Shown in pieces: positions 21,319 through 32,184 of a stretch of DNA of 64,000 bases. The DNA is from Candidatus Poribacteria bacterium (GTDB lineage Bacteria; Poribacteria; WGA-4E; WGA-3G), in NCBI GenBank assembly GCA_963663765.2, contig CAXXUA010000005.1, forward strand, positions 1,664,001-1,728,000, read 5' to 3'. Below the pieces are notes generated by a model that did no database searches, was not told where the DNA came from, and was given only the letters and a program-made list of their open reading frames with translations. Positions within the stretch are counted from its first letter, which is position 1, and each line of letters opens with the position of its first letter. The position numbers and the translations under genes were made by a program.

Positions 21319-24300
21319 ATGAATCTCAATACAATTTACGAATCCGACATTGAAGAAGCTGCGCTCAATTGGTTTGCCGACTTGAGTTATACTGTTTTAC
21401 ACGGTCCCGAGATCGCCGCAGACGCGCCCAATGCAGAACGTTCCACTTACAAAGAAGTGGTCTTGACATCGCGCTTACGAGATGCCGTTGCCCGCCTAAA
21501 TCCAACAATACCTGCTGATGCACAGCAAGAAGCAATCCGCAAAGTGCTTAATCCAGATTCTCCCGCTTTAGGGAAAAACAACCGCGCATTTCATCAAATG
21601 CTTATTGACGGTATAGAGGTTGAATATCGGCAAGCTGATGGAACGATACGTGGTGATCGTGTGCGGTTAGTCGATTTTGAAGCACCAGAAAACAACGATT
21701 GGCTTGCAGTCAACCAGTTTACAGTCGTAGGTACAAACGAATGCCGTCCGGACGTTGTGTTATTTATCAACGGACTTCCCTTAGCTATCATAGAACTTAA
21801 AAACCCAACTAACGAGAAAGCAACTACCCTAACAGCATTTCGCCAAATCCAGACCTACAAACAAGAAATTTCGGCACTATTCACCTATAACGAAGCGGTT
21901 GTTATCTCTGATGGATTAGAGGCGCGCATCGGATCATTAACTGCCGACACGGATTGGTTTTTGCCGTGGCGCACAATTGAAGGTGAAGGAGAAGCACCAT
22001 CTACTGAATTAGAGTTAGAAATATTGATTAAAGGTGTTTTTGACAAACGTCGTTTTTTGCGTTATCTTAAACACTTTATCGTCTTTGAAGAAACAGAAAG
22101 CGGAGCAATTGCCAAAAAAATCGCTGGGTATCACCAATTCCATGCTGTTCAAACAGCCGTAGAAGCAACGCTAAAAGCGTCATGTCCTGAAGGCGATCAA
22201 CAGTGCGGTGTCGTCTGGCATACACAAGGTTCTGGCAAAAGCTTAACGATGGCTTTTTACGCTGGCAACATCGTACAACATCCGCAGATGGAAAACCCAA
22301 CCCTTGTCGTCATCACTGACACAAACGACTTAGACGACCAACTGTTTGGCACATTCGCTCGATGCCACCAACTTTTGCGACAAACACCAGAACAAGCAAA
22401 AAATAGACAACACTTACGTGAACTCCTTAAAGTTGCCTCTGGAGGCGTAGTCTTTACTACTGTTCAAAAGTTTTTCACTGAAGGTGAAGAGACCCGTTTT
22501 CCGCAGCTGTCTGATCGACGAAATATCGTGGTAATTGCAGACGAAGCACACCGTAGCCAATACGGCTTTATTGATGGCTTTGCCGCTCACATGCGCGATG
22601 CACTTCCCAATGCCTCTTTTATCGGTTTTACCGGTACACCCATTGAACTCACTGATCGCAATACAGTTGCTGTTTTTGGAGAATACATAAGCACGTATGA
22701 TATCCAGCAGGCGGTTGATGATGGAGCAACCGTGCCAATTTACTACGAGAGTCGCCTCGCAAAAATTGAGCTTGACGAAGACGAAAAACCGTACATTGAC
22801 CCGGAATTCGAGGAACTTACCGAGACGGAGGAGGCAACAGAAAGGGAAAAACTCAAAACCAAATGGGCACAACTTGAGGCGTTGGTGGGAACAGAAAAAC
22901 GCTTGGGACTCATCGCAGATGATATAATTGCACATTTTGAAGAACGGTTAGAGACAATAGATGGTAAAGGTATGATTGTTTGTATGAGCCGCCGTATCTG
23001 CGTTGACCTCTACAATGCAATTATTCAACGCCGTCCAGAGTGGCACAACGATGATGACAAGGAAGGCGAAATAAAGGTCGTCATGACAGGGTCAGCTTCT
23101 GATGACGCATCATGGCAACCGCATATCCGCAACAAAACAAGGCGAGAAACGTTGGCAAATCAATTTAAAAAACCCAATGATCCGTTGAAACTTGTTATTG
23201 TCCGCGATATGTGGCTAACCGGATTTGACGCGCCGAGTCTTCACACTATGTATGTAGACAAACCGATGCGTGGACATGGACTGATGCAAGCAATTGCCCG
23301 CGTTAATCGTGTCTATGGCGATAAACCGGGCGGTTTGATAGTAGATTATATCGGACTTGCCTACCACCTGAAAAACGCATTAAGTAATTATACCAGAAGC
23401 GGTGGGAAAGGAAAGGCTACCCTTGACAAAGCTGAAGCCGTCGCCGTAATGATGGAAAAGCATGAAATCTGCTGTAACTTATTTCACGGATTCGATTGGT
23501 CATTATGGACTACAGGGAAAACGTCAGATCGACTCAAATTGCTACCTGCAGCGCAAGAGCATATCCTGCAACAAAAGGATGGAAAAAAGCGTATACTGGA
23601 AGAAGTTTCTGCTCTAACTAAAGCATTTGCACTGGCTGTCCCACATGAAAAAACAACCGAAATACGCGACGATGTCTCCTTTTTTCAAACGGTAAGAAAA
23701 GTTCTGGCTAAGCCATCGGCTGCAGAAGAAGCACAGTTGGATGCCGCAGACCAAGCAATTAAGCAGTTGGTTTCCAAAGCTGTTATTCCTGAAGGTGTAG
23801 TAGATATATTCTCCGCTGCTGGGCTGGAAAAGCCTGATGTCTCTATTCTCTCCGATGAATTTCTTGCAGAAGTGCAAGACCTTCCCCATAAAAACTTGGC
23901 AGTTGAACTCTTGGAAAAACTCCTCAACGGAGAAATTAAAACGCGCTCACAGAAAAACGTTGTCCAAGGTCGATCATTTGCAGAAATGTTGGAACGATCA
24001 ATCCGTTCCTATCAGAACCGAACAGTTGAAGCGGCACAAGTCATTGAAGAACTTATTGAAATCGCAGGAGTGATGCGTCAAGCGCAAGACCGAGGTGAAA
24101 AATTAGGATTGTCAGAAGAAGAATTAGCATTTTATGATGCTCTTGAAACTAACGATAGTGCAGTCCAAGTACTCGGTGATGAAACACTGCGCAACATCGC
24201 TATTGAACTTGTAGAAACCGTTCGCAAGAGTGTGGCAATTGACTGGACAATGAAAGAAAGTGTACGTGCAAATATACGAAGGTTGGTGAAGCGCATTCTT

Positions 24301-24393
24301 CGCAGACACGGTTACCCGCCTGATAAACAAGAAAAAGCTGCCCAAACTGTTTTAGAACAGACAGAAGTGTTATGTAAAAACTGGGTAATATAG
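21319..24393 (+). CDS. hsdR: Type I restriction endonuclease subunit R
   Basis: PD..(FINGLP)..ELK nuclease motif, [34 protein letters not shown]. Confidence 0.96.
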   Translation: MNLNTIYESDIEEAALNWFADLSYTVLHGPEIAADAPNAERSTYKEVVLTSRLRDAVARLNPTIPADAQQEAIRKVLNPDSPALGKNNRAFHQMLIDGIEVEYRQADGTIRGDRVRLVDFEAPENNDWLAVNQFTVVGTNECRPDVVLFINGLPLAIIELKNPTNEKATTLTAFRQIQTYKQEISALFTYNEAVVISDGLEARIGSLTADTDWFLPWRTIEGEGEAPSTELELEILIKGVFDKRRFLRYLKHFIVFEETESGAIAKKIAGYHQFHAVQTAVEATLKASCPEGDQQCGVVWHTQGSGKSLTMAFYAGNIVQHPQMENPTLVVITDTNDLDDQLFGTFARCHQLLRQTPEQAKNRQHLRELLKVASGGVVFTTVQKFFTEGEETRFPQLSDRRNIVVIADEAHRSQYGFIDGFAAHMRDALPNASFIGFTGTPIELTDRNTVAVFGEYISTYDIQQAVDDGATVPIYYESRLAKIELDEDEKPYIDPEFEELTETEEATEREKLKTKWAQLEALVGTEKRLGLIADDIIAHFEERLETIDGKGMIVCMSRRICVDLYNAIIQRRPEWHNDDDKEGEIKVVMTGSASDDASWQPHIRNKTRRETLANQFKKPNDPLKLVIVRDMWLTGFDAPSLHTMYVDKPMRGHGLMQAIARVNRVYGDKPGGLIVDYIGLAYHLKNALSNYTRSGGKGKATLDKAEAVAVMMEKHEICCNLFHGFDWSLWTTGKTSDRLKLLPAAQEHILQQKDGKKRILEEVSALTKAFALAVPHEKTTEIRDDVSFFQTVRKVLAKPSAAEEAQLDAADQAIKQLVSKAVIPEGVVDIFSAAGLEKPDVSILSDEFLAEVQDLPHKNLAVELLEKLLNGEIKTRSQKNVVQGRSFAEMLERSIRSYQNRTVEAAQVIEELIEIAGVMRQAQDRGEKLGLSEEELAFYDALETNDSAVQVLGDETLRNIAIELVETVRKSVAIDWTMKESVRANIRRLVKRILRRHGYPPDKQEKAAQTVLEQTEVLCKNWVI

Positions 24394-24415
24394 TACAATA
24401 CCTTCGCCAATAATA

Positions 24416-24808
24416 CAGCGTTATTTAGTTTTAAAAGTTTTCTGTTATTGAGATTTACTGAAAGTTAATACCCAAATGAGGTCTCCTAACTGCACCTTAC
24501 ACATCAATTTTAGATTCTTGAAACATGAACATCGGTCTTTAGTCCCGACAAATGCCACACGCGCATTTGGCGTTGATTTGGTAGGGACGATATGTTTATA
24601 GAAAACGAATACCATCCACAGTTCTTTAGTCCCGTAGGGACGATATGTTTATTCTTCTATGTCGTTCCTACGGAACTCAATTGGGGTGGAAAACATTTTC
24701 TATAAACATATCGTCCCTACGGGACTAAAGACATGGACAATATGGCAACACATAATATTAACGTTATAGTAAACATTCATCAAAAATACCTAAAACTGAA
24801 TAACCCTG
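24416..24808. mobile_element. CAGGG-family MITE, abutting a 20-bp CAATACC-family end at 24396
   Basis: cagcgttatttagtttt ... aaaactgaataaccctg; highly similar to 13532..13964; left and right flanks do not match each other. Confidence 0.88.
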
Positions 24809-24812
24809 GCCG

Positions 24813-24841
24813 TTGAATATCCTGACCAAATGTGGTATAAT
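24813..24841 (+). promoter_or_regulatory. Putative sigma70 promoter of the AlbA/Schlafen gene
   Basis: ttgaat-N17-tataat with extended -10 TG. Confidence 0.7.
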
Positions 24842-24891
24842 TCTGTAATGATTGATAAACAACGCTGCAGCACTTCCCATGGAGATGAACG

Positions 24892-26649
24892 ATGGATTTC
24901 AGTGACGAAGAGATCAAACGCCAGATACGTTTAGGTGAAGACAGCCACTGGGAATTCAAGGAAATTGTATTCACAGGAAACAAACCCAAAAGCCCTAACC
25001 GGGATGATCTTGCAGACGAAATCGCTGCATTCGCCAACACAGATGGTGGTGTGGTACTATGTGGCGTAACCGATGACGGTGATGTTCAAGGCATGTCGCG
25101 CGAGCAGATGGACAAATTAGAGATGTTCTTGGTACAAATTTGCACCGACACAATTAAACCGGCAATTCGTCCTACAATATTACGCCGAGAAATAGAGCAA
25201 AGGAAACCTTTTCTTCTCGTTGAAATACCACAAGTTTATACACAGCACGACAGTCTTGGAGGCAGCTTCCACCGAGTCGGCAGCTCAAAACGTAAAATGA
25301 CAAGCGATGAACGCCTACGTCTTGCACAGCGACGTGGACAGGCACGGTTCCTCTGGTACGACAAACAGCCGGTCCCTGGCACAGGTTTCGGTTCATTGGA
25401 TGAATCGCTTTGGAAACCACTATTGAGTGCCGAAGGTGCAGCCAACCCTGTATTAACACTAGAGAAAATGGGACTCCTAACCGACGATGAAAAAGGGATA
25501 ACGCGGGCAACGGTAGCAGGTGTTCTTTTGTGCACCCGTTCTCCTGAAGAATGGCTTCCCAATGCCTGCATCTCTGTGACCTATTATAGAGGTACAGACC
25601 GCGCCTCTGGACAAATAGATGCTCAAGTAATTACCGGACCCCTGAACAGACAGATTGCAGAAGCGGTTGCATTCGCAGTTCGTAACATGCGTGTTGGTGC
25701 GTACAAAAATCCCGCTCGAACTGACCTGCCGCAATATAGCAAAAAAACTTTGTTTGAAGCAATTGTGAACGCAATTGTACATCGTGACTACTCAATTCGC
25801 GGCAGCCGAATACGTATCTCAATGTTTTCTGACCGCATTGAAATTGCTTCTCCCGGTGGTCTGCCAAACAATCTCACTATTGATAGCATGAACATCCGAC
25901 AATCAACACGAAATGAGGCACTCGCTTCAATATTCGGAAGGATGTCCGTAGAAAATGTGCACGGATCGGGGGAACGACAATTTTTCATGGAACGCCGTGG
26001 AGACGGAGTACCAATCATTTTACGCGAAACAGAAGCTTTATGCGGAAAACTCCCAGATTATCAACTCGTTGATAATTCTGAACTTGTTCTTACTATCCCA
26101 GCTGCAGATACTCAATTGACCCCAGCAACCGTTGATATCTTTGTTCACCATAATGGTATACCTCTATCAAATATTGACCTATTAGTTATGTTTCCAAATA
26201 AAACGTATGAGCGCTCTCGCACTGATGAAAATGGTAATACGCAAATTGATCTACACACAACACATCTACCGATGACGGTGTTTGCAGCCGCACCAAGCCT
26301 TACTGCATATCTTGAACGCAATTGGATTCCCGAGAAAGGACAACTTTCGTTTGAAATGACAAGTCTTCAACATGGCGGATCAGTAATCTTTAGTAATACA
26401 ATTGGTAGTATTCCGGGTTTATCAGGACGGTTGAACCCCATACGTGATACACACAACCGCACCTACCTGTCCGCTTCAAATATAACTATTAATGAAGGAA
26501 AACCACTGCCAGTTCATTTCTCTATAGGTGAAGACTTACACCTAACAGATACCAAAGGAAAAGAAATGTTAGTACGTATCGTTGAGATTATTGGAAAATC
26601 AGCTCTATTAGAATATCGTCCTTTCAGTAAATCAGATAAGACAAAATAA
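24892..26649 (+). CDS. AlbA_2/Schlafen-like domain + HATPase_c_4 protein with a beta-rich C-terminal extension
   Basis: GEDSHWEFKE, AFANTDGG..GVTDDG, EAIVNAIVHRDY, FSDRIEIASPG, MERRGDGV motifs. Confidence 0.85.
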   Translation: MDFSDEEIKRQIRLGEDSHWEFKEIVFTGNKPKSPNRDDLADEIAAFANTDGGVVLCGVTDDGDVQGMSREQMDKLEMFLVQICTDTIKPAIRPTILRREIEQRKPFLLVEIPQVYTQHDSLGGSFHRVGSSKRKMTSDERLRLAQRRGQARFLWYDKQPVPGTGFGSLDESLWKPLLSAEGAANPVLTLEKMGLLTDDEKGITRATVAGVLLCTRSPEEWLPNACISVTYYRGTDRASGQIDAQVITGPLNRQIAEAVAFAVRNMRVGAYKNPARTDLPQYSKKTLFEAIVNAIVHRDYSIRGSRIRISMFSDRIEIASPGGLPNNLTIDSMNIRQSTRNEALASIFGRMSVENVHGSGERQFFMERRGDGVPIILRETEALCGKLPDYQLVDNSELVLTIPAADTQLTPATVDIFVHHNGIPLSNIDLLVMFPNKTYERSRTDENGNTQIDLHTTHLPMTVFAAAPSLTAYLERNWIPEKGQLSFEMTSLQHGGSVIFSNTIGSIPGLSGRLNPIRDTHNRTYLSASNITINEGKPLPVHFSIGEDLHLTDTKGKEMLVRIVEIIGKSALLEYRPFSKSDKTK

Positions 26650-26667
26650 GAACCTTTTCATACATCC

Positions 26668-26696
26668 TTGACAAATCCAAAAGAATTCGTTAAACT
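26668..26696 (+). promoter_or_regulatory. Putative sigma70 promoter
   Basis: ttgaca-N17-taaact. Confidence 0.65.
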
Positions 26697-26751
26697 TAAA
26701 CTATAAAATCATTCACGCATATAAATGCGGAATAACTTTGAGGGAGAGAAT

Positions 26752-27102
26752 ATGTTAGCAGAAATTCGCAACAGAGAAGGTATCATCGTTATCCGTCCTA
26801 CCGGGCGCATGATCGGTGCAGCAAACGTTGAACTTAGACAACAAATCCATGAAGAACTTGAAGAATACTTCGATTCACCCAAGGTCATCTTTAACCTTGA
26901 GGAGGTCACCCGTATGGATAGTAGTGGTTTAGGCACACTCGTTTCTGTGCACGTCACTATCACACGTAAGGGAGGACGCACAGCTCTTGTCAAAGCAGGC
27001 GCACATATTAGAAACCTACTCGTTCTGGGACGGTTAGCGTCCGTTTTTGAAAGCTATGAAACTGAAGAAGAAGCAATCCTTGAGTTGAACGCGGATAAGT
27101 AA
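26752..27102 (+). CDS. STAS domain anti-sigma factor antagonist
   Basis: VIFNLEEVTRMDSSGLGTLV motif; ATG 26752 follows gagggag. Confidence 0.9.
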   Translation: MLAEIRNREGIIVIRPTGRMIGAANVELRQQIHEELEEYFDSPKVIFNLEEVTRMDSSGLGTLVSVHVTITRKGGRTALVKAGAHIRNLLVLGRLASVFESYETEEEAILELNADK

Positions 27103-27191
27103 TACCAAATTAACGGAATTTATCTTTTTTACGAAGGTAGGTGCGGTTTCCTAACCGCACAATTAGCAATACAGTTCACGTGAATTGGGTA
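27103..27191. mobile_element. Short TACCA-family MITE carrying one REP
   Basis: taccaaattaac ... gaattgggta flanked by TAA on both sides (left TAA is the STAS stop codon); internal hairpin gtaggtgcggtttcctaaccgcac. Confidence 0.7.
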
Positions 27192-27299
27192 TAAGAATAC
27201 GCAGTATCGATTTTCGTACGATTAGCAAACCCAATGCTGAGTATATCAATTTGCACACTTCCATAATTCATTACTATTTGAAGAAGATTAAGGAGATAC

Positions 27300-28457
27300 A
27301 TGCCAAATCAGAATGACATAAAACTCACTGTGAATGCTGGTTTTCACGATAGGGACGGATGTCCTGTTCTCGTCAATGTTGACCATCCGGGGGTTCACGA
27401 GTTTTCTGGACAAGATGTCATATTAACAGATTCAGAAACTGGAGATGCAATCCCAGCACAATGCTACAAAAGTGACGATAAAAAGTCTACAACCTTAGCA
27501 TGGATACTTGAGGGACTCAACGCCGGCTCCACACGCACCTATACTCTTTCAGAGGGAAATATCAACAAAAATACTGGTATTGAATTAGAATACGGTACTG
27601 ATACCATTGATGTCACCCTCAACGGAAGACCTTTTACAACCTTCCGCTATGGAAAAACACAACAACGACCCTATTTCTTTCCAGTGTTGGGTCCAAACGG
27701 TTGTGAAGTAACACGCGGTGAAACCAGCGACATCTCAAAAGACCACGTACATCACCGATCACTCTACGTCGCTTATGGCGAAGTCAATGATGTTGACCTG
27801 TGGGGTGAAGGTAGTAATTGCGGAAAAGTGGTACATCAAGGGTTTACACAAAAACACGGCGGTGCAGTCGTCAGTAGAATCTATACTGAAAACAGTTGGG
27901 AAACAAAAGACGGTGCCGTGTTGATGACAGACTGGCAAAAATTCCGCATCTACAATTTACCCGAAGACGGCGCAATTTTTGACCTTAACTTGAGTTTTGT
28001 TGCATCTGCTGGTGACGTCCACTTCGGTGACACAAAAGAGGGAGGCATCATGTGCATTCGGGTAAATCCCTCAATGAACGCTTCCGACGGTGGAAAAATT
28101 GAAAACGCTTTCGGAGGTATAAACGAAGGTGAAACATGGGGTAAACGCGCAAATTGGTGCGATTATTCCGGGGTCGTTGACAACACACATGTCGGAATCG
28201 TTGTCTATGATCATATCGGTAATCCGCGATATCCAACCTATTGGCACGTCCGCAACTACGGTCTAATGGGAAGCAACATCTTCGGCAGTGGTACCTTTGA
28301 ACGTGACAAATCTAAAGATGGTTCCTACACACTTAAAGAGGGTGATGAGATGCACTTCCGATTCCGCGTGCTTATTCATGCGGGGGATGCAACTGCCGGC
28401 AAGGTCGCACAGAAATACCACGATTTCATCAACCCACCAACTGTTGAGATTGCCTGA
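27300..28457 (+). CDS. PmoA-like / DUF6807 family beta-sandwich protein
   Basis: RPYFFPV.GP, DHVHHRSL, WCDYSG, DHIGNP, WHVRNYGL motifs. Confidence 0.7.
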   Translation: MPNQNDIKLTVNAGFHDRDGCPVLVNVDHPGVHEFSGQDVILTDSETGDAIPAQCYKSDDKKSTTLAWILEGLNAGSTRTYTLSEGNINKNTGIELEYGTDTIDVTLNGRPFTTFRYGKTQQRPYFFPVLGPNGCEVTRGETSDISKDHVHHRSLYVAYGEVNDVDLWGEGSNCGKVVHQGFTQKHGGAVVSRIYTENSWETKDGAVLMTDWQKFRIYNLPEDGAIFDLNLSFVASAGDVHFGDTKEGGIMCIRVNPSMNASDGGKIENAFGGINEGETWGKRANWCDYSGVVDNTHVGIVVYDHIGNPRYPTYWHVRNYGLMGSNIFGSGTFERDKSKDGSYTLKEGDEMHFRFRVLIHAGDATAGKVAQKYHDFINPPTVEIA

Positions 28458-28473
28458 AATATGTAAATACTAA

Positions 28474-28907
28474 TACCATTTTCATGTGATAATGTCTCAT
28501 TAGCAGCGGAAATCTGGTAGGAGCGACCTCCCGGTCGCGACAGTGAGATCGCTCCTAAGCAGCGGAAATCTGGTAGGAGCGACCTCCCGGTCGCGACAGT
28601 GAGATCGCTCCTAAGCAGCGGAAATCTGGTAGGAGCGACCTCCCGGTCGCGACAGTGAGATCGCTCCTAAGCAGCGGAAATCTGGTAGGAGCGACCTCCC
28701 GGTCGCGACAGTGAGATCGCTCCTAAGCAGCGGAAATCTGGTAGGAGCGACCTCCCGGTCGCGACAGTGAGATCGCTCCTAAGCAGCGGAAATCTGGTAG
28801 GAGCGACCTCCCGGTCGCGACAGTGAGGGCGCTCCTACCGAAGAGAGTAACCCCATGCCAGTAAACAGTAGAATTCCTTAATGAGACAAGATTTATTTGA
28901 ATTGGTA
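28474..28907. mobile_element. TACCA-family MITE with an internal 56-bp tandem array
   Basis: Imperfect TIR taccattttca..tgtctcatta / taatgagaca..tgaattggta; TAA duplicated on both sides. Confidence 0.85.
28502..28837 (+). repeat. Six tandem 56-bp units, each containing a GTAG REP
   Basis: agcagcggaaatctggtaggagcgacctcccggtcgcgacagtgagatcgctccta repeated at 28502, 28558, 28614, 28670, 28726, 28782; the last unit varies slightly. Confidence 0.95.
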
Positions 28908-29043
28908 TAACTTATAGACGCACTCCTTCTTTGGTCAGTAGGCGCGCCTTTGTAAGCGCGCTATTTTATAGAATATAATTGGTTTGACTGAAAATTCAAT
29001 CACGTAACAACAGAACAGTGTACTTTCTAAGGAGACCAATATA

Positions 29044-30114
29044 ATGGCTATTCCTACAATACATGTCGGCTGCACACATTTTGCACACGGACGCTTACAA
29101 GCACAAGTCAACACAAACGGACTGGAACCTGTCGCATGCGTAGACATCAACCTTGAAGCTGCAAAAAGAGGCGTAGAATCAATAAATGGCGCACCAGAAG
29201 GTTTGTCAGAACGCATCTATACAACAATCACCGAAGCAAAAGAAAAACACCCTGAAGCACAAGCATGTCTTATCTATGCTTCAACAACTGTGCATGAAAT
29301 ATTAATCATCGAAAGCCTGAATCTCGGTATGCACACACTGTGTGTGAAGCCAATAGCAACAACACAAGCAGAATTCCACAACATCATTAAAGCACACAAA
29401 GCAAACCCTGGAACAATTTTGGTACAAGGGCAAAACAAGCGATGGAATCCTGCAGCCTCAAAAATGCGAGAATGGCTCCGTGAAGACGACGGCATCGGTG
29501 AAATGTTAGGCGGCGAATGCAGATTCTGGATACGTCAAAACCTATTCACAGGTCCCGATTCCCGACAACCCGATGCTTACGTTGACGGTCTTTTTTTTCA
29601 CGCAGGTTGTAGCCACCAAATTGACCAACTCGTCGGAGCAAAAGGACTCCCAAAATACGTTACAGCACAGGTTCACAACCGTCGCGACCCAGCCTTAGGA
29701 CAGACAGACGCATGGGGTACCGCCGGCGGAAACGCCTTGATGGAATACGACAACGGCGCACCTGTCACCTACGCTGGCACACGGGCAGGACACATGGGGG
29801 CTTACGGATGGAGTGGCGTTTGGACATTCCACGGTGAAGATGGAGACCTACGACGTGATGGAGGACACCTCCAACTCTTCAGAACAGGACAAGAAATTGA
29901 AAACCTTTCGCTACAAGACCTTCATGGCGGATTGATTGAAGACGACAGACTCCAATTTGATGCCTTCGCAGAAGCAATCTCCACCGGCAAAGACCGAGAC
30001 TGGATACAAGATAGCACACTCGGAACATGGATACTGATGGAAGCATGCAACGAATCCGCAAACACACACGCACGCGTTGATGTTGAAGCATTCGCTAAGA
30101 AAATGCTCGCTTAA
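29044..30114 (+). CDS. Gfo/Idh/MocA family oxidoreductase
   Basis: Rossmann-like N-terminus, HTLCVKPIA (EKP-like), NKRWNP, HQID motifs. Confidence 0.75.
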   Translation: MAIPTIHVGCTHFAHGRLQAQVNTNGLEPVACVDINLEAAKRGVESINGAPEGLSERIYTTITEAKEKHPEAQACLIYASTTVHEILIIESLNLGMHTLCVKPIATTQAEFHNIIKAHKANPGTILVQGQNKRWNPAASKMREWLREDDGIGEMLGGECRFWIRQNLFTGPDSRQPDAYVDGLFFHAGCSHQIDQLVGAKGLPKYVTAQVHNRRDPALGQTDAWGTAGGNALMEYDNGAPVTYAGTRAGHMGAYGWSGVWTFHGEDGDLRRDGGHLQLFRTGQEIENLSLQDLHGGLIEDDRLQFDAFAEAISTGKDRDWIQDSTLGTWILMEACNESANTHARVDVEAFAKKMLA

Positions 30115-30133
30115 TTTCTTTGATGGGAGATCA

Positions 30134-31432
30134 ATGAAGTTTCTTACTCTACTTTTTGTTGCAATACTTAGCACAACAATATTCATTGCGTGCGAATTTA
30201 TCCGACCATTACCAGGCAAAGATGTTCCTGAATCTCCACAAACCAGCACGCAATTCGCGCAAAGTGCATTGTCGAACCTTGCTAACACAGCAAATGAACG
30301 CGCTTTCGTTGACCTTGCTAACGCTGCAAGCGAACTTGCAGATACACTCGCAATGGATGATGGCAGATCCGTGGAACCAATGTTCTCAAAACTTGCTAAA
30401 CTCGCTGATGCAGCGACTATCTTGGAACACGCATTTAGTGAAGCCGGATGCGAAATTGAATTGCAGAAATTCGCTGAAGCATCAATGGACGCTGTAAAGG
30501 CATATACAATAAGGGATGCAGCTGACATGGAACAGACATTGCAGAAACTTGCTCATGGCGCATCGGCAGCGGAAACAGCATTGCAGCAGCTACCTGTTGA
30601 AAACGGTTTCATGCCTTTCACCTTCGGTTATGGACCCGCCATAGATGCAACCATAAGTGAGTTTTTTTGTCCCGAATCAGACGATCCTCTTTATGAACCC
30701 GGCGTAATCTTGATAAAGTACGACAGCACAATTCGACCAATATCTGAAACAAGGACCGCTGTAACTGAACTTTTGGCTCTTAAAGGATATACTGAGCAAG
30801 AAAATGGTTTGTCTGGGCATGAGCGAAGAAACTCCACGTTGTGGTTCCATCTCAAAGAATACACAGCACACATACAATTGGAAACGACGTCCAACGATTT
30901 TGAGTCTATTGACTTAGGGACAGATGTCGATCCGCTTCTTATTATCAGTGAATTAATGCACATTCAAGGTGTTACTCGTGTGCAACCCTATGTCTTTAAT
31001 GTCATTTTTGAAAAAGTTCTACCACCCATTAGACATTATGTAATGCAAGATGTCGCAGCAAAATACAATGAAGCATGGTGTCAAGGTAACTTTAATGCCA
31101 TAAACAATATGCTAACTGAAAGGAGCAATTTAAACTTTTTTGATTATACTTTTGTGCAGAAACTTGCAGACATCTATGCTGAAGAAATTCCTGAAACTGC
31201 AGAACAAATCCCATTGAATCGTTTCTTTCTCCGCAGGATAACTGAGGTATTCCTATATATCTACTTTTTGAATACGGATAAAAACCTTGACGAGATTATT
31301 GACCTTTTTCGCGAAAATGTTAGTACCAGACAACTGAGTTTTATTGGATATAGAACATTTTTTCACTACTACCAAACTACCGACTATTGGAAACAACTTG
31401 TCACTGACAACTTGACTACAACACAACAATAA
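30134..31432 (+). CDS. Hypothetical lipoprotein
   Basis: MKFLTLLFVAILSTTIFIAC signal peptide with lipobox after gggaga; Ala-rich helical N-terminal half. Confidence 0.65.
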   Translation: MKFLTLLFVAILSTTIFIACEFIRPLPGKDVPESPQTSTQFAQSALSNLANTANERAFVDLANAASELADTLAMDDGRSVEPMFSKLAKLADAATILEHAFSEAGCEIELQKFAEASMDAVKAYTIRDAADMEQTLQKLAHGASAAETALQQLPVENGFMPFTFGYGPAIDATISEFFCPESDDPLYEPGVILIKYDSTIRPISETRTAVTELLALKGYTEQENGLSGHERRNSTLWFHLKEYTAHIQLETTSNDFESIDLGTDVDPLLIISELMHIQGVTRVQPYVFNVIFEKVLPPIRHYVMQDVAAKYNEAWCQGNFNAINNMLTERSNLNFFDYTFVQKLADIYAEEIPETAEQIPLNRFFLRRITEVFLYIYFLNTDKNLDEIIDLFRENVSTRQLSFIGYRTFFHYYQTTDYWKQLVTDNLTTTQQ

Positions 31433-31498
31433 TTAGTGATAATTAAAATATCGTAAAAATGCATATTTTAATATCACTTATGTCAATTTTATTTATTA

Positions 31499-31689
31499 TA
31501 GTGGATTTTAGAATTATTTTTACACTTTCAGGTGTAGGAGGGAACTCCGATTCCCGACTATCAAGACGTTCAGTCGCGATTCGGAGATCGAAATCAACGG
31601 TATGAATCATAGCGAATGCCATACGCGCATTCGCCTATTGGCATTCCCCGCCTACAGAAAAAGTGTAAACTTAATTGTATATTTCACTA
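31499..31689. mobile_element. TA-flanked (IS630-like) MITE with REP cargo
   Basis: Imperfect TIR tagtggattttagaattatttttacacttt / aaagtgtaaacttaattgtatatttcacta flanked by TA; left half repeated at ~32842-32917. Confidence 0.7.
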
Positions 31690-31694
31690 TATTA

Positions 31695-32023
31695 ACGAGT
31701 TGTGCTAAATAACTATATGTTAATCATTGTATCACATAAGCATGACGTTTTGCAGGTGTCCTTCATAGGTTGAAACGATCTTCAGTCCCGTAGGGACGAT
31801 ATGTTTATAGAAAAACGGCATAGTACATCCTCTTTAGTCCCGTAGGGACGATATGTTTATAGAAATACGGCATAGTACATCCTCTTTAGTCCCGTAGGGA
31901 CGATATGTTTATAGAAAAACGGCATAGTACATCCTCTTTAGTCCCGTAGGGACGATATGTGTGCATTATAAACCTAAAATATGTAAAAACTTTGAAAACA
32001 ATGGGTTAACTGGCACAAGTCGT
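31695..32023. mobile_element. MITE with AC...GT termini carrying a 52-bp REP tandem array
   Basis: TIR acgagttgtgc / gcacaagtcgt; 7-bp duplication tatatta; four agtcccgtagggacgatatg units inside. Confidence 0.8.
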
Positions 32024-32030
32024 TATATTA

Positions 32031-32183
32031 TACCATTTCATGTGATAATGTCTCATAAGCAGCGGAAATCTGGTAGGAGCAACCTCCCGGTCGCGACAGT
32101 GAGGGCGCTCATACCGAAGAGAGTAACCCACTGCCAGTAAACAGTAGAATTCCTTAATCAGACAAGATTTATTTGAATTGGTA
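32031..32183. mobile_element. TACCA-family MITE with a single REP unit
   Basis: Same ends and body as 28474..28907 but with one unit. Confidence 0.85.
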
Positions 32184-32184
32184 T

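Noticed and set aside
27300-28457. Methane monooxygenase interpretation of the PmoA-like label
   Set aside because: Soluble beta-rich protein without TM helices or pmoB/pmoC neighbours; the family name is misleading.
28502-28837. CRISPR-like periodic array
   Set aside because: Units are identical with no unique spacers, lie inside a MITE, and no cas genes are present.
29911-30528. 205-aa minus-strand ORF and similar antisense ORFs (22414, 33758, 49601, 52387)
   Set aside because: Shadows of well-supported genes on the opposite strand.
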